Source: Parasitella parasitica NRRL 2501
Taxonomy: Eukaryota; Fungi; Mucoromycota
Length of the DNA: 64,000 nt
Assembly (NCBI GenBank): GCA_025201805.1
Contig: MU619305.1
Coordinates: 105,585 to 169,584 of the forward strand
Direction of reading: 5' to 3'
The notes below the pieces were generated by a model that did no database searches, had not been told where the DNA came from, and saw only the letters and a program-made list of their open reading frames with translations. Within the stretch, counting starts at the first letter, position 1, and each line of letters starts with the position of its first letter. The position numbers were made by a program, and so were the translations under genes. Positions 51,050 through 61,995 of this stretch are shown here, in pieces.

Positions 51050-52930
51050 ATGGTCCGCCCAACTTCAATACTTTCTAGTAGTATTGCTATAGTTGGCATT
51101 CTCACATCCACTGCCATTGCGGTTGATCAGCCCACTGCTGATGGCCCTTCAAATCCTCCTGGCGTCACAGGAAATGTACATTATGCAAATTTACTAAATA
51201 ACTCACTGTGGTTCTACGAGGCTCAACGCAGTGGCCGCCTACCGTCAGATAATCGAGTGCCATGGTATGAATGCTAAACAATTCAGCTCGGGTTATGACA
51301 CATCGCTGTTATTTCCCGACACAACAGATAGACAGATGCACTAACATGGACATTCAATTAGGCGTTCGGACTCTGGCTTGCAAGACGGCAGCGACAACAA
51401 AGTCAATCTAACAGGCGGGTATTACGATGCCGGGTAAGTGTGGGCTAATTATAGCTAATTATGGCAAATTATGGCAAATTATGGCTTGCTAACACAACTT
51501 GTCATGAACAGTGACTATCTGAAGTTTTCTTTGCCATTGTCCTACACACTAACAACCATTGCGTGGGGTGCTGCTCAATGGTTTGACGGATATCAGAAGG
51601 CAAACCAAGTTGGCTATCTCAAGGAGATGCTAAAATGGGGCACAGACTGGGTAATGAATGCTCATCCGGACGCCGACACGTTTTACGTCCAAGTAGGCGA
51701 CGGCAATGTTGATAACAACTATTGGGGTAAGCTGGCAATGTCTTGTGCAAGACAGCTATTTTTAACCCGAGTGACACTGTAGGTCCCGATACAGACATTC
51801 CAACGCCTCGCCCTTCCTATCAAGTGAACAGAACGGCGATCGGTACGGACGCTGTCGCCATATCTGCCGCTGCATTGGCTTCAGCCTCTTACCTGTTTCG
51901 GAACAGTTTAAACGACACAGCTTACGCTGACACACTGCTGAACAAAGCATCATCACTCTTTAGCCTGGCCGATACTGCTCAGCCTCGCAATGTCTATGTC
52001 AATGCAGTTCCTGCTATTGCAGACTTCTATGCAACCAACAACTACACCAGCCAGCTCACATTTGCCGCGCTTTGGATGTACAAGGCATCGGGAAACGAGA
52101 CGTACAAAACCATGGCATCCAATTATTTTGATCAGTTCAACCTGGCTAGTGCCCCTATCAGTGTGATGGATTGGAGCGATCAAACAAATGGCGTGTTTGT
52201 GCTCGGTGCTGAGCTCGATTCGAGTAATACAAAGTATGCAACGGCTGCCAAGAAAGTACTGGATGCCATCATCAATGGCAATTCAGGCTCGCCTTGCAGT
52301 TTCACCAACGGCGGCTTATTGTGGTGCGACGGCTACAGTGACGAAAACTCGCTTGTGCCTGCTCAGGATATGGCCTTTTTGGCACTGCTGTACAGTCAAC
52401 TGGATAACTCTAAATCCGGTGCATACACAAAGTTTGCCACCAGTCAAATCGACTACATGCTCGGTAACAATTACATGCTTACGCCCTATGTGTGCGGTAT
52501 CCACATGAACTCTCCTCGTAATCCCCATCATGCCGGCGCATCTGGTGGCACTGACATTGCCAACATTGATTCATCGCCGCCAGAAGAAAAGTACCTGCTG
52601 TACGGTGCTGTTGTAGGTGGGCCTGACAAGGATGACAAATTCTATGATATTCGCGATGATTATGCTCAAACCGAAGTGGCTCTAGACTACAACGCTCCCT
52701 TTCAAGGTTTGGTGGCTCATCAATTGAGCACAGGCGCATCAGATCCTCCCTATGTTACCATCACAACGCCTAGACCTTATGTCAGTCGCACATCCAAACT
52801 CCCTGGATGGCTCATTGCGGTTATCGTTATTTGTGTCATCTTTGTCGTTGCTCTCACAGCTTATATCTGTTGGTGGAAACGTGGATGTGGACTCTGCCGC
52901 AGAAGATACGATAAAGCTGTATCTGCTTGA
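51050..52930 (+). CDS. Glycoside hydrolase family 9 endoglucanase with signal peptide and C-terminal transmembrane helix, 4 exons
   Basis: SLWFYEAQRSGRLP, GGYYDAGDYLKF, QVGDG, NPHHAGAS, GAVVGGP, EVALDYNAPF; TM WLIAVIVICVIFVVALTAYICWW followed by KR. Confidence 0.94.
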
Positions 52931-53618
52931 TGCAAATTTTATTTCCTTTTTACCGTCTTGTATAAATACTTTAAAAACCGTGTACAGTACTATTTTTATC
53001 AGTTTTATTCTAATGCAATTGTAACTTGTGAAATTTATCCTGCGCACTGTTGTAAATCATTGACCATCAACATAGATGAAGCGATGCTTATATTATGACG
53101 AGATTTACCTTGAGAGTGAGACTCCATTTTAATCAATATTTCGTCCAATGTTAAAAACCCCTTGTCGAATTTATAGCTGGTGGTTATTGCATTTGTACTT
53201 ATTGCCTATATCCGGAAGAATACTTTTACAGGCGGTTTGTGTTACCATACGATCTATTTATGAAATCCTCGTTGACTTGCCTCAGCCTCTTAAAATCATG
53301 GATATGAGATTCCACCTGCAAGATGTCACCAATATGCGGCATATTTTCCTTGTAACATTAACACAAACGAATAGTCTCAAATTAAGTTGCGATATTTAGA
53401 AACAAAACATGCAGAGAAAAAACCCCTCTAGGTCAAGTTTTCCCCAGTCTAAAACACCATTTGAACGCAAAGAATGTAATGTCATGTACGTGAATCAATC
53501 ACAACCCGGCTTAAAAATCCTTTGAAACCTTATTCCTTACGTGTATTACGTTGAATAGATTTTTGACATTTTTAAAATAGCAATTTATTACATATTTGAG
53601 CGTGCTTGGATAGTTGGT

Positions 53619-53783
53619 TTAACCGCTCATAACCTCTGGTGGAAGAGACAAGAGCATTGCTATTGCAGCGCCACTTAATACAAACACAATCGCAAAAATC
53701 ACACAGACATTTTTTACGCATTTTTCGTCTCCTTTGAGTTCATATGCTACCATGTTTTGAAATCGTTCTTCATCGTCTGCCAT
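53619..53783 (-). CDS. Single-TM microprotein family member A (54 aa)
   Basis: MADDEERFQNMVAYELKGDEKCVKNVCVIFAIVFVLSGAAIAMLLSLPPEVMSG; paralogous to 54260-54418 and 60416-60586; TATA (CTATAAAA) ~110 nt upstream. Confidence 0.75.
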   Translation of the reverse strand: MADDEERFQNMVAYELKGDEKCVKNVCVIFAIVFVLSGAAIAMLLSLPPEVMSG

Positions 53784-53891
53784 TGTTTCTTGGATTGAGT
53801 ATGAGTGGTAGAATGGGATTATATAGTTTTGTTTGTAAAGTACGAAATTAATAATAAATTGGTGGGCTTTTTTTTTTCTCAAGATCTTCAT

Positions 53892-54720
53892 ATTTTATAG
53901 TTTGTCAAAATCAACTAAAAGAACAAAGAATCTTGAAGAAACATAACGATATACTGACAACATTATGGATCTTTGTTCGAAAGAGCATTACATCACCATT
54001 GCTTTGACCACAGCTGCTAGCCTTCTATTATAAAAGTACTGCTCTCCTGTAGAACAATAAACAACAAAAAGATCGAGATATGCATGCAGAAAAAACTCAA
54101 GTTAAGCTCTTTCCGGCTTAGAGCTACATTTAAACGTTAGATTGCGATGCTTTTGCGTAAATATCTCAAAGTGTTTCTCATACAGAACATGAATTGAAGA
54201 ACTCGTAGTATTGTTTAAAAGCAAAGGTTTATTATCTATATTTAACAGATTTTATTGATTTAAGCACCCAGTACCTCATTTGGGAGAGACAAAAAGATTG
54301 CCCCTGCAGCTGCAGCCATTACAACCAGAATTCCAACAAACAAACAGGCAGTTTTGTCTCTTCTATCATAATATTCATATTTGTTATAAACTTCTTGTTG
54401 TTGATCTTCGTCTGCCATTGCTTCTTGATTCGAATATGAATTTTAAAAAGATAGTTTGAAGACACTGGAGAGATAAATAAAATTACTGTTCAGATCTATC
54501 CGTTTTATAGCTTGTTGAAATTTCAGGCAGAACAAAGGGCCTTCAAAATAACGCAATTGTGCTCACAAGATTTTATTTAAAATCAATTAAACCTTGAGTA
54601 ATGTGCCAGTATTGCTTTGACCACAGTTGCCAACCTTTGGTACTATATCTATGAAGGATAATAATATCCTTTGTAGCATAAACAGTATAATGTATCTAAA
54701 AACTCAAGTTTAAGCTCTTT
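53892..54720 (-). promoter_or_regulatory. Conserved promoter blocks of microprotein genes A and B
   Basis: Forward-strand ttttatag (TATA on -) at 53893/54503; attgctttgaccacag at 53998-54013 and 54611-54626 (identical); aaaaactcaagtt(t)aagctcttt at 54091/54698. Confidence 0.7.
54260..54418 (-). CDS. Single-TM microprotein family member B (52 aa; below ORF-track cutoff)
   Basis: MADEDQQQEVYNKYEYYDRRDKTACLFVGILVVMAAAAGAIFLSLPNEVLGA; same start context, TM and LSLPxEV motif as member A. Confidence 0.75.
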   Translation of the reverse strand: MADEDQQQEVYNKYEYYDRRDKTACLFVGILVVMAAAAGAIFLSLPNEVLGA

Positions 54721-55026
54721 ATTGCTTGGGATTGCAATTTTAAGACAGCAGATCATTACTGCCAATAAATACTATTAGAATTATCTCATTCTCAAGAACG
54801 GCGAGCAGTAAAGATACTATTGACGACAAATCCCCTATTCGTGTTCGATAGCAATTGATATCAATGAGTTTACAAAATAGATATTTATTGTGTTTTTGAC
54901 AGAATTTAAAATAGAGCAGCTTTCTTTATGTATTGTACAATATATGTTGCTCTGGACATGGCAGCTCCAAAGCTAAAATGATTGTATCATAGATATTATA
55001 TTTTTCAGTGGTACCAGCCAGTAACG

Positions 55027-55116
55027 CTACCATTTACCCAAAACCGCCGGGAGTAAGCCAGCCAGCATGAGAAATACAACAACTGCTACGATAACACCAA
55101 GAGTACCTTTTCCCAT
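55027..55116 (-). CDS. Putative diverged single-TM microprotein member C (29 aa)
   Basis: MGKGTLGVIVAVVVFLMLAGLLPAVLGKW; C-terminus aligns with MLLSLPPEVMSG/FLSLPNEVLG; CTATAAAA ~105 nt upstream as in A/B. Confidence 0.5.
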   Translation of the reverse strand: MGKGTLGVIVAVVVFLMLAGLLPAVLGKW

Positions 55117-55523
55117 TTTGATTTTTGCTCGTGTAATTAGAAATTTTCTTGAAAGTAAATTGAGGTAAATGCGATATAATGATTTGGAGAATCGAATACA
55201 AACATTGATTCTTTTTTCTATTTTATAGTTTATTGAAGATTGTGAATAATATTGACAACATCCAAGCCTTTAAATATGGTCAAAGTTAGTAATTTTTGGG
55301 GGGGGGGTAGAAAGAATAGCTTGACAATAATGAGACATTGCTACTAGAGTTTGAGTTCAATTTACAAGAATACTGATTGACGCCTTTCATGAAGCCGGTG
55401 GTTGTGTCTCAGTGCAACATTTTGTTAGTCGGCGACCCATGCTTGGATTGAAGCACCGCGTGCGATTTCTTTGCCAAATACAGTTGCTTTTATCTTATCT
55501 CTTTTTCATCATATAAAAGAAAC

Positions 55524-56586
55524 ATGTCTGCCCGCACGTTTTTAACTTCTGGCAAAAAAATTGTAGCCATAGGCAGAAATTTCAGGTACGACATCACTAG
55601 AGCATCGAAACAAAGCTTTTTTTTTTGAATACATTGTTCGTAGTGAACACGCCAAAGAGCTGGGCAATGCAGTTCCCAAATCACCATTCTTTTTCTTGAA
55701 GCCCACTTCTTCCTATTTGGCTAACGGAGGCACCATTGAAATCCCAAACGGATGTGATGTTCACCACGAAAGTAAGGAAGCTGCCCACATCTGTTGTAGT
55801 ATATGAGCACACTTATATAAGGTACATCGTATTGTAGTTGAATTGGCAGTGGTGATTGGTAAGGAAACTCGTGATTGTCCCGCTTCCAAGGTGATGGACC
55901 ATGTTGCAGGTAAGTTTACTTCGGTTACTGGTGCATGCGCATTATTTGCAAGCATGTATATTTACAATGTGGAAAATCAGGATATGCGCTGGCCATTGAT
56001 TGTACTGCTAGAAATCTTCAGGTAATGCATGCCACATTGGTACAGCCGCACGCAAGTAGTATTTAATAAGGTATTTCTGCTACATGTATAGAACGATGCA
56101 AAGAAAAAGGGCCTACCTTGGAGTGCTTCCAAGGGTTTCGACACGTTTTCACCAATCAGGTATAAAACAGGCAGATCAGGATTGCAATGGATTTGATCCA
56201 GGAACCTTATTCTAGCGGCTATTTGTAGTGAATTTATTCCCAAGGACAGTTTCACTGATACAGCAGACATTGATCTTTGGCTCAAAGTTAATAATACGTT
56301 TTGCCAGCAGGGGAACACAAAGGACATGATATTCAGGTAAGTTGCTATGCTGTGGAGCAACCAAACGGCTAATGGGATGTATAGTGTTCCTTTTTTGATT
56401 GAATACATTTCCTCTATAATGAAACTCGAAGCTGGGGATGTTATTATGACAGGAACCCCATCTGGCGTAGGCCCAATAAAGGCAGGAGATGTTATTACGG
56501 CTGGCATGAAGCCTGGAAAGGCAGAGAAAGACATTGTCTCACTAAAGTTTAACGTTGCAGACAGACAAGGTCTCTTCAAGGCCTAA
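55524..56586 (+). CDS. FAHD1: Fumarylacetoacetate hydrolase-family protein (FAHD1/Fmp41-like), many small exons
   Basis: GKKIVAIGRNF, HAKELGNAVP, FFLKPTSSY, HHE(V)ELAVVIG, GYALAIDCTAR, GLPWSASKGFDTF, GDVIMTGTPSGVG. Confidence 0.93.
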
Positions 56587-56725
56587 TTTAATGTGACGCT
56601 TTAAATAAATTACGGAATCTGGCATGTATCGTGTCTGAAACAGAAACACATGCTCTTTCTTTTTCTCTTCTTCTTCCTCTTCCTCTTCTTAACATATACT
56701 CTCCTGGGAAAACAGCATTCAATAA

Positions 56726-57523
56726 ATGTCGAATCAAGTGGACCCACTCCTGTTTTGGCTGGAGCAGGAATCTGTAAATAGGTAACAAAACATTGCTAAT
56801 TTTGACAAGACAGACAATCTTGTTTTCCACTAACACAAGACGTATCGAATGTGTAGCGATGCTGATATATATCTTCCTGCGGATACCCCAAATGACTATG
56901 CGTTGAGCAAATACAACTATCAATTAGACAAAAAAAAGCACATGAAAAGACATAGAGCAATTGCTAGGCTGAAGGCTTATGAGCTCGAGATGATTACAAA
57001 TAAACGAAAATCGCAGCCTCCAGACGATCCACAGATATCAATCCCTCCATTTGCAAAGCTAGAGACGATCGGAAGCGATGAATTTTTAAATGACCATGTA
57101 AAGGAAATCATTGAAATACTAGCATTGACCGGGAAAGATGGTCAGAGACCTGTTGAAGAAAGTGTCAATATTGCGTCTAATGTTCATCTTGAAGAGCGAG
57201 ATCATAACTATGCCAGATCACTGCAGATACAGGTAAAGACTGTCATCATGGCAACTCAATTAAGGGATACTTAGTCTGTATCATAGAATCTTGCCAGAGT
57301 GGACGAGTATGAAAGAGAATTTGCTAGGATTCGGAATCAAATCTACAATGGGTAAAGATAAGTTGCCGTTCATTTTTAATCAACAAGAAAACAAGCAAAA
57401 AATCCTCAATAAAACGCTCTTCTGATCATCCATCCCGAAAGTACCACTAATCATCGCCTTAGCAGGTATTACCAACAACCAACCATCGTGCAGTCCTTAG
57501 CAACTCGCCGTTTATACCACTAA
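56726..57523 (+). CDS. Hypothetical protein, ~4 exons
   Basis: Continuous spliced frame MSNQVDPLLFWLEQES/TYRMCSDADIYLP...RSLQIQ/NLARVDEYEREFARIRNQIYNG/RYYQQP...LYH* with GT-AG boundaries; no family recognised. Confidence 0.6.
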
Positions 57524-57570
57524 ACTTTGTCTCGAACGCTGTATTTTTTTTTTATTAGTTATTGTACATT

Positions 57571-59198
57571 TTAATGAATACTGGGCTTGCCCTCCACTTT
57601 TTTCTTCAATTCGTGGATCATGTCTTTTCTGTCCAGCACGAATCCCCCGCCTTGATCTGAATCCTTAGATCTCATGTCTTTGATTCTAATTTTGCCATTC
57701 TCAATCTCATCTTTGCCAATAATAACAGCAAACGGGATTTGCTCCTTTTCACAGGCAAGCCATTGCTTCTCAAGTTTGGGCTTGTTTTTAAATGAAAACG
57801 AAGCGTTAATGCCCGCCTCCCAGAGTTCTTGTACAAGCTCCATACGCTCTTTCAAAAGTCCATTGCCCACTGAAATCACATAAACTTGCGTCGCATTGCT
57901 TTTGATACTATTGGCTTTTTGTCGAGACATCAGAATAGAGAATACTCGCTCAACTCCAATCGATACACCGACACAAGGGATTGTTTTCGGCTTGCCCACC
58001 TTATTTGTGCCTGAAAACATCCCCACGAGATTGTCGTAACGTCCTCCTGCCGCAATAGAGCCCACACCCTCTGATTTTTCGGTAACGGCTTCATAGATGA
58101 TGCCAGTGTAATAGTCTAATCCACGAGCCAAGCTCAGGTCCAGCTTGACTCGATCACGCACATTAAATATCTCTAAAAATTCCAACAGCAACCTAATGTC
58201 TGCCAGTCCTTTGGAAGCACCTGCGTGTGCCATCAATTTCTTGTCATTCTGTAGGTAATCTAGCAAACTAGGTGTGTCTTTGTCCATTTGTACGTATCCT
58301 CCAATACGGTCAGCAGCATCTTCTGCCAATCCCTTTTCCTGAACCATCTCCTTCTTCACGTCCTGCCACGGTAGCTTGTCAAGTTTATCCACTGCAGCTG
58401 ATATAGATCTGATCTGCTGTGATGGCACACCGCACACCTCAAAGATACCGTCTAAGATTTGACGATGATTCAGTTTTATGTGGAATGGAATCTTGACGGC
58501 GTCAATTGTGTCGCTTAAGATCTTCAATATCTCGGCATCTGGAATCATGGGATCGTAGGAGCCCGCAATATCGAAATCGCACTGAAAGAATTCCCGTAGT
58601 CGGCCTTTAGTCATGATGGGTTGATCGCGTCTATACACTTTGGCAATTTGGTAGCGCTTCATTTGCTGTGCATCCTTTTGACCTTTCATTGCGAGATATC
58701 TAGCAAAAGGCACTGTGAGATCGTATCTTAATGAGCATGCCTCTCCCCCTTGATCTGCCAAGTCGTATATAAGTTTGCTGTCTTCCCCATATTTTCCGCT
58801 CAGTATATCTCTCATTTCAAAGACGGGCGTGTCGATCGTAACTCCTCCATGACGCTGGAATATCTTTGTAATAGTGTTGAACAGATCTTGTCGCACTGCC
58901 ATCTCATTTTCGTTATAATCTCGAGTTCCCTTGGGTGTCTTTAATTGGAACTGCCGTAATAATCAGTCGATTTCATTTTACTGTTTAAACCAAGGCTGTA
59001 TAGAGCTACTTACGTTGCTTTTCGGCTTTTTCTCTGTTTGTACTTCTATTGATCATGTTAGTCTACCAGAGCGGGGGGAGGGGAGGGGTGAATAGACTAT
59101 GTATGATTACCAGACGCAATGGCCAGGTATCGACATGGCGCATTTATTAAGATCTTTTTGGGCTGGTATCGTAATAAATTTATCGAAGTTTTGAACAT
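57571..59198 (-). CDS. HTS1: Histidyl-tRNA synthetase (eukaryotic type) with N-terminal mitochondrial-type presequence, 3 exons
   Basis: [69 protein letters not shown]; start [15 protein letters not shown]. Confidence 0.95.
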
Positions 59199-59447
59199 TT
59201 TCTAAAATTGCTGTCTTGAATTTTTACGTTGAAAAACTAAGGGGTGGCAATCAGCAGGGATGGGTCTTCCAAAAGATGTCAATTTGCGGCGCTTTATTCC
59301 ATGATCCATGGTGAATAGTCCTACGCCAAATTTTAAGAGCTTTATGTACTTCTCAACAAAGAGCTTTGACATTGCTTTATGAGCGTCCTTTGTCTCTATA
59401 ATGTCAATAAGCTATAAATACCGTAAATAAATTCATGNNNNNNNNNN

Positions 59448-59489
<42 letters not shown>

Positions 59490-59524
59490 ACTTATTTTGA
59501 CCTTCTACAAATTTTTTTAATCAA

Positions 59525-59647
59525 ATGCCTGAATGCGAAAAATTCCAACGTATAGCTAGTGGTGTTATAGGTCTAATGGCCGGTCTAGGTGTGATTTTGT
59601 TTGCGATCATGGACGGAACTTCTGCCGATAATTTACCAGAGGACTAA
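59525..59647 (+). CDS. Putative single-TM microprotein D (40 aa), possible distant family member
   Basis: MPECEKFQRIASGVIGLMAGLGVILFAIMDGTSADNLPED; upstream tcaataagctataaata and aaagagctt resemble the family promoter (N-gap 59438-59447 intervenes). Confidence 0.45.
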   Translation: MPECEKFQRIASGVIGLMAGLGVILFAIMDGTSADNLPED

Positions 59648-60415
59648 TACTGTATATCTTTCCAAGCACAAGACTCTCTAAATTTGTGAAAAAAAAAAAA
59701 TCAATAAAAACCCGAGTAACTTTGAACCAACAAACCCAAAGAGATAACTATAACTCTCTCGATAGCTTAATGTTTTCTCAAATTTTTTTCTTCTTGGTCC
59801 ATGTTTATAGCAATCATCAGCATATTGGAGTTTTGGCAGAGGATGGATATGTTTAAGCAATAAGAATCTGAAAGCTAAGATATTTTTGATCTATCAAAAT
59901 TGCTTGTGGTGCTCATCCAACAATTTGAGAACAAACAAGATTTACTATTTATTCCATTAGAAAACAATGCGTCTGTTCGCTAAGAAACGTTCTTTCAGTT
60001 ACAAAAGATTTTGCTTTGCATTTTATTATCTAAATAAATATTTTTTTAAAAAAAAAAAAGTGTAAGGAAGAAATGTCTAATCAAGGGTTTTGAACGATAT
60101 TATGCATAGCATTAAAATGTCACTTTAAATTGTCAAGCGCCTGGACTTTACAGGATATTGTTCCAGCTCGAGAAATACAGCATTATTATCCTTCGTACGT
60201 ATAGTATCTAAGGTTAATAACTGTTGTGGTCAACGCAATGACGACATATTGCTCAAATTTTAGCTTTATTTCCACATTCTCCATAATGTTGTCAGCACAG
60301 ATTTAAAATACTCTTAAGCTATAAATACACAGATCCGTGAAGCATTCTATCTCAAACTAATCTCTTTCTAAAAATCGCATTATAGAGTCTCACTATAAAT
60401 ACTATACTCGAAAAG

Positions 60416-60586
60416 ATGGCAGAAGAAGAAAGCAATCAATCTGCCACTGGTACTAATACTACAACAAGTTATCAAGGAGAAGGTTGCGGATGTCATGAAC
60501 GTATCGGGATAGTGCTCTGTATTTTCTGTGTGTTAACCGGAATTGTGGCAGCGATATTATTAGATCTTCCATCTGAGGTATGGTAG
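60416..60586 (+). CDS. Single-TM microprotein family member E (56 aa; below ORF-track cutoff)
   Basis: MAEEESNQSATGTNTTTSYQGEGCGCHERIGIVLCIFCVLTGIVAAILLDLPSEVW; LxLPxEV motif; upstream tgtggtcaacgcaat (60225-60239), ccataatgttgtcag (60281-60295) and ctataaata (60319-60327) match A's promoter in reverse complement. Confidence 0.75.
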   Translation: MAEEESNQSATGTNTTTSYQGEGCGCHERIGIVLCIFCVLTGIVAAILLDLPSEVW

Positions 60587-61047
60587 TAGAATCGTAATCA
60601 AATCCATCAACAATAAAAATCAACCTTTTAAACTGGACTTATTCCAATACATGATGGATGACTATATACAAAGGCTGTATTCAGTTTATATTCAGGGCTC
60701 ACTATTTCTGGGTAATTGTTGCTCTTCCTATAAAATGATGTCAGCGAAACAAATAAACTTGTCAAAAGTTTGAGTCATAGAAGCCTTATTGTTGTCGACT
60801 GATTCATTTAATTATGAAAAAGGTGGGTTTGCAGAAATAAAGTGTTTGGAGCAATTGTATAACAATCCTTGGAGTATAAAAATGTTGGAGTCAATGAAGC
60901 AAACGTTTAATTATTCATAATACTAAAGAGACCCTCTCTTAAATTAATTATACAGTTTTTGTTGATTTCATTGTCTCACTGATAAATTTCAGTGTATAAA
61001 AGTCGAAATGACATTTGTAACCTTGTTTTTTTTCCATTAACGCTAAA

Positions 61048-61860
61048 ATGACACTATTTATTACAGAAACGAACTTGACCTCAGACACAGAGCAGCTGGG
61101 GGATTTCATGGAATTTCATATCGCTTTTTCCATGATGTCTGTACCATGTAGGATCCATCGTCCTGAAGTCATAAATTATGCTCTTCAAAATCGACTACGT
61201 AAAGGTGATACGGTGTTACTACAGGGTGTTTACATGTCTGCTGTAAAACCGGGCGACGTGCAGTACATCAGCATCAATTACATCGAGTTGCAAAATATTC
61301 ATTCGAGAAAGAAACGAAAGCTCCAGCAAATGCAGCAAGAGCTATTGACAAACGATGCAATGTCAATAGTGTCATCGTCGCCTTCGCAGCAAAATGGAAG
61401 TTCTGGCAGTTCCACTCCATCCCAAAGTGAAAACACTGGAATCCGTGTTTTACCGCCTTATTACAATGAGAAACAGAAAGCAGAATATACCTTTATTGAA
61501 ATCACAGGTTGTTTCCGAGAATACTTTTTCATGTTGTATGGACAGGCATCCTATGTCTGTGAAATATACATACACGGCATGCACAGCTTGGAAGAGAAGT
61601 ATAAGGCGCATGCAGAAATGACTGAACTGATTCACCAGCATTTGGGCGACATACTCACGTTGTACGTTACAATCACAAATGATCACACTGAAAAAGGTCA
61701 GGTACGGAAATCTGATGTAGTCAAATTTGTGAATTCAGTTAAAGGGTTGATGACCGAAACTCTTGGACGATTTACGAAATTGAGTAACAGTTTACCCGAA
61801 CTTATCAGCATCGACGCTAGAATCCCTTTACCATCGTTTATTTACAATGAATACCTTTGA
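61048..61860 (+). CDS. Hypothetical intronless protein (270 aa)
   Basis: Long open frame with good ATG context (aaaATG), TATA-like gtataaaa ~50 nt upstream; no family recognised. Confidence 0.6.
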   Translation: MTLFITETNLTSDTEQLGDFMEFHIAFSMMSVPCRIHRPEVINYALQNRLRKGDTVLLQGVYMSAVKPGDVQYISINYIELQNIHSRKKRKLQQMQQELLTNDAMSIVSSSPSQQNGSSGSSTPSQSENTGIRVLPPYYNEKQKAEYTFIEITGCFREYFFMLYGQASYVCEIYIHGMHSLEEKYKAHAEMTELIHQHLGDILTLYVTITNDHTEKGQVRKSDVVKFVNSVKGLMTETLGRFTKLSNSLPELISIDARIPLPSFIYNEYL

Positions 61861-61995
61861 AGATCAAAGTGGCTTATTTCTGGCAANNNNNNNNNNAAAA
61901 AAAAAAAAAAAAAATGAAATAAAATTAAAAATAATAATGCAGGTTTTTGCTGTTGTTATTATTGTTTCCTATCTAATTGAAATCAAATCTATATT

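Noticed and set aside
51446-51485. 10-bp tandem repeat (aattatggca-like x4) in a GH9 intron
   Set aside because: Simple slippage repeat in an intron; no functional evidence.
55977-56923. 200-aa and 111-aa minus-strand ORFs
   Set aside because: Antisense to FAHD1 and the adjacent hypothetical gene; no motifs.
59770-59863. Short + strand ORFs (MFSQIFFF.., MFIAIISIL..) between microproteins D and E
   Set aside because: Lack the family motif, full TM and promoter blocks.
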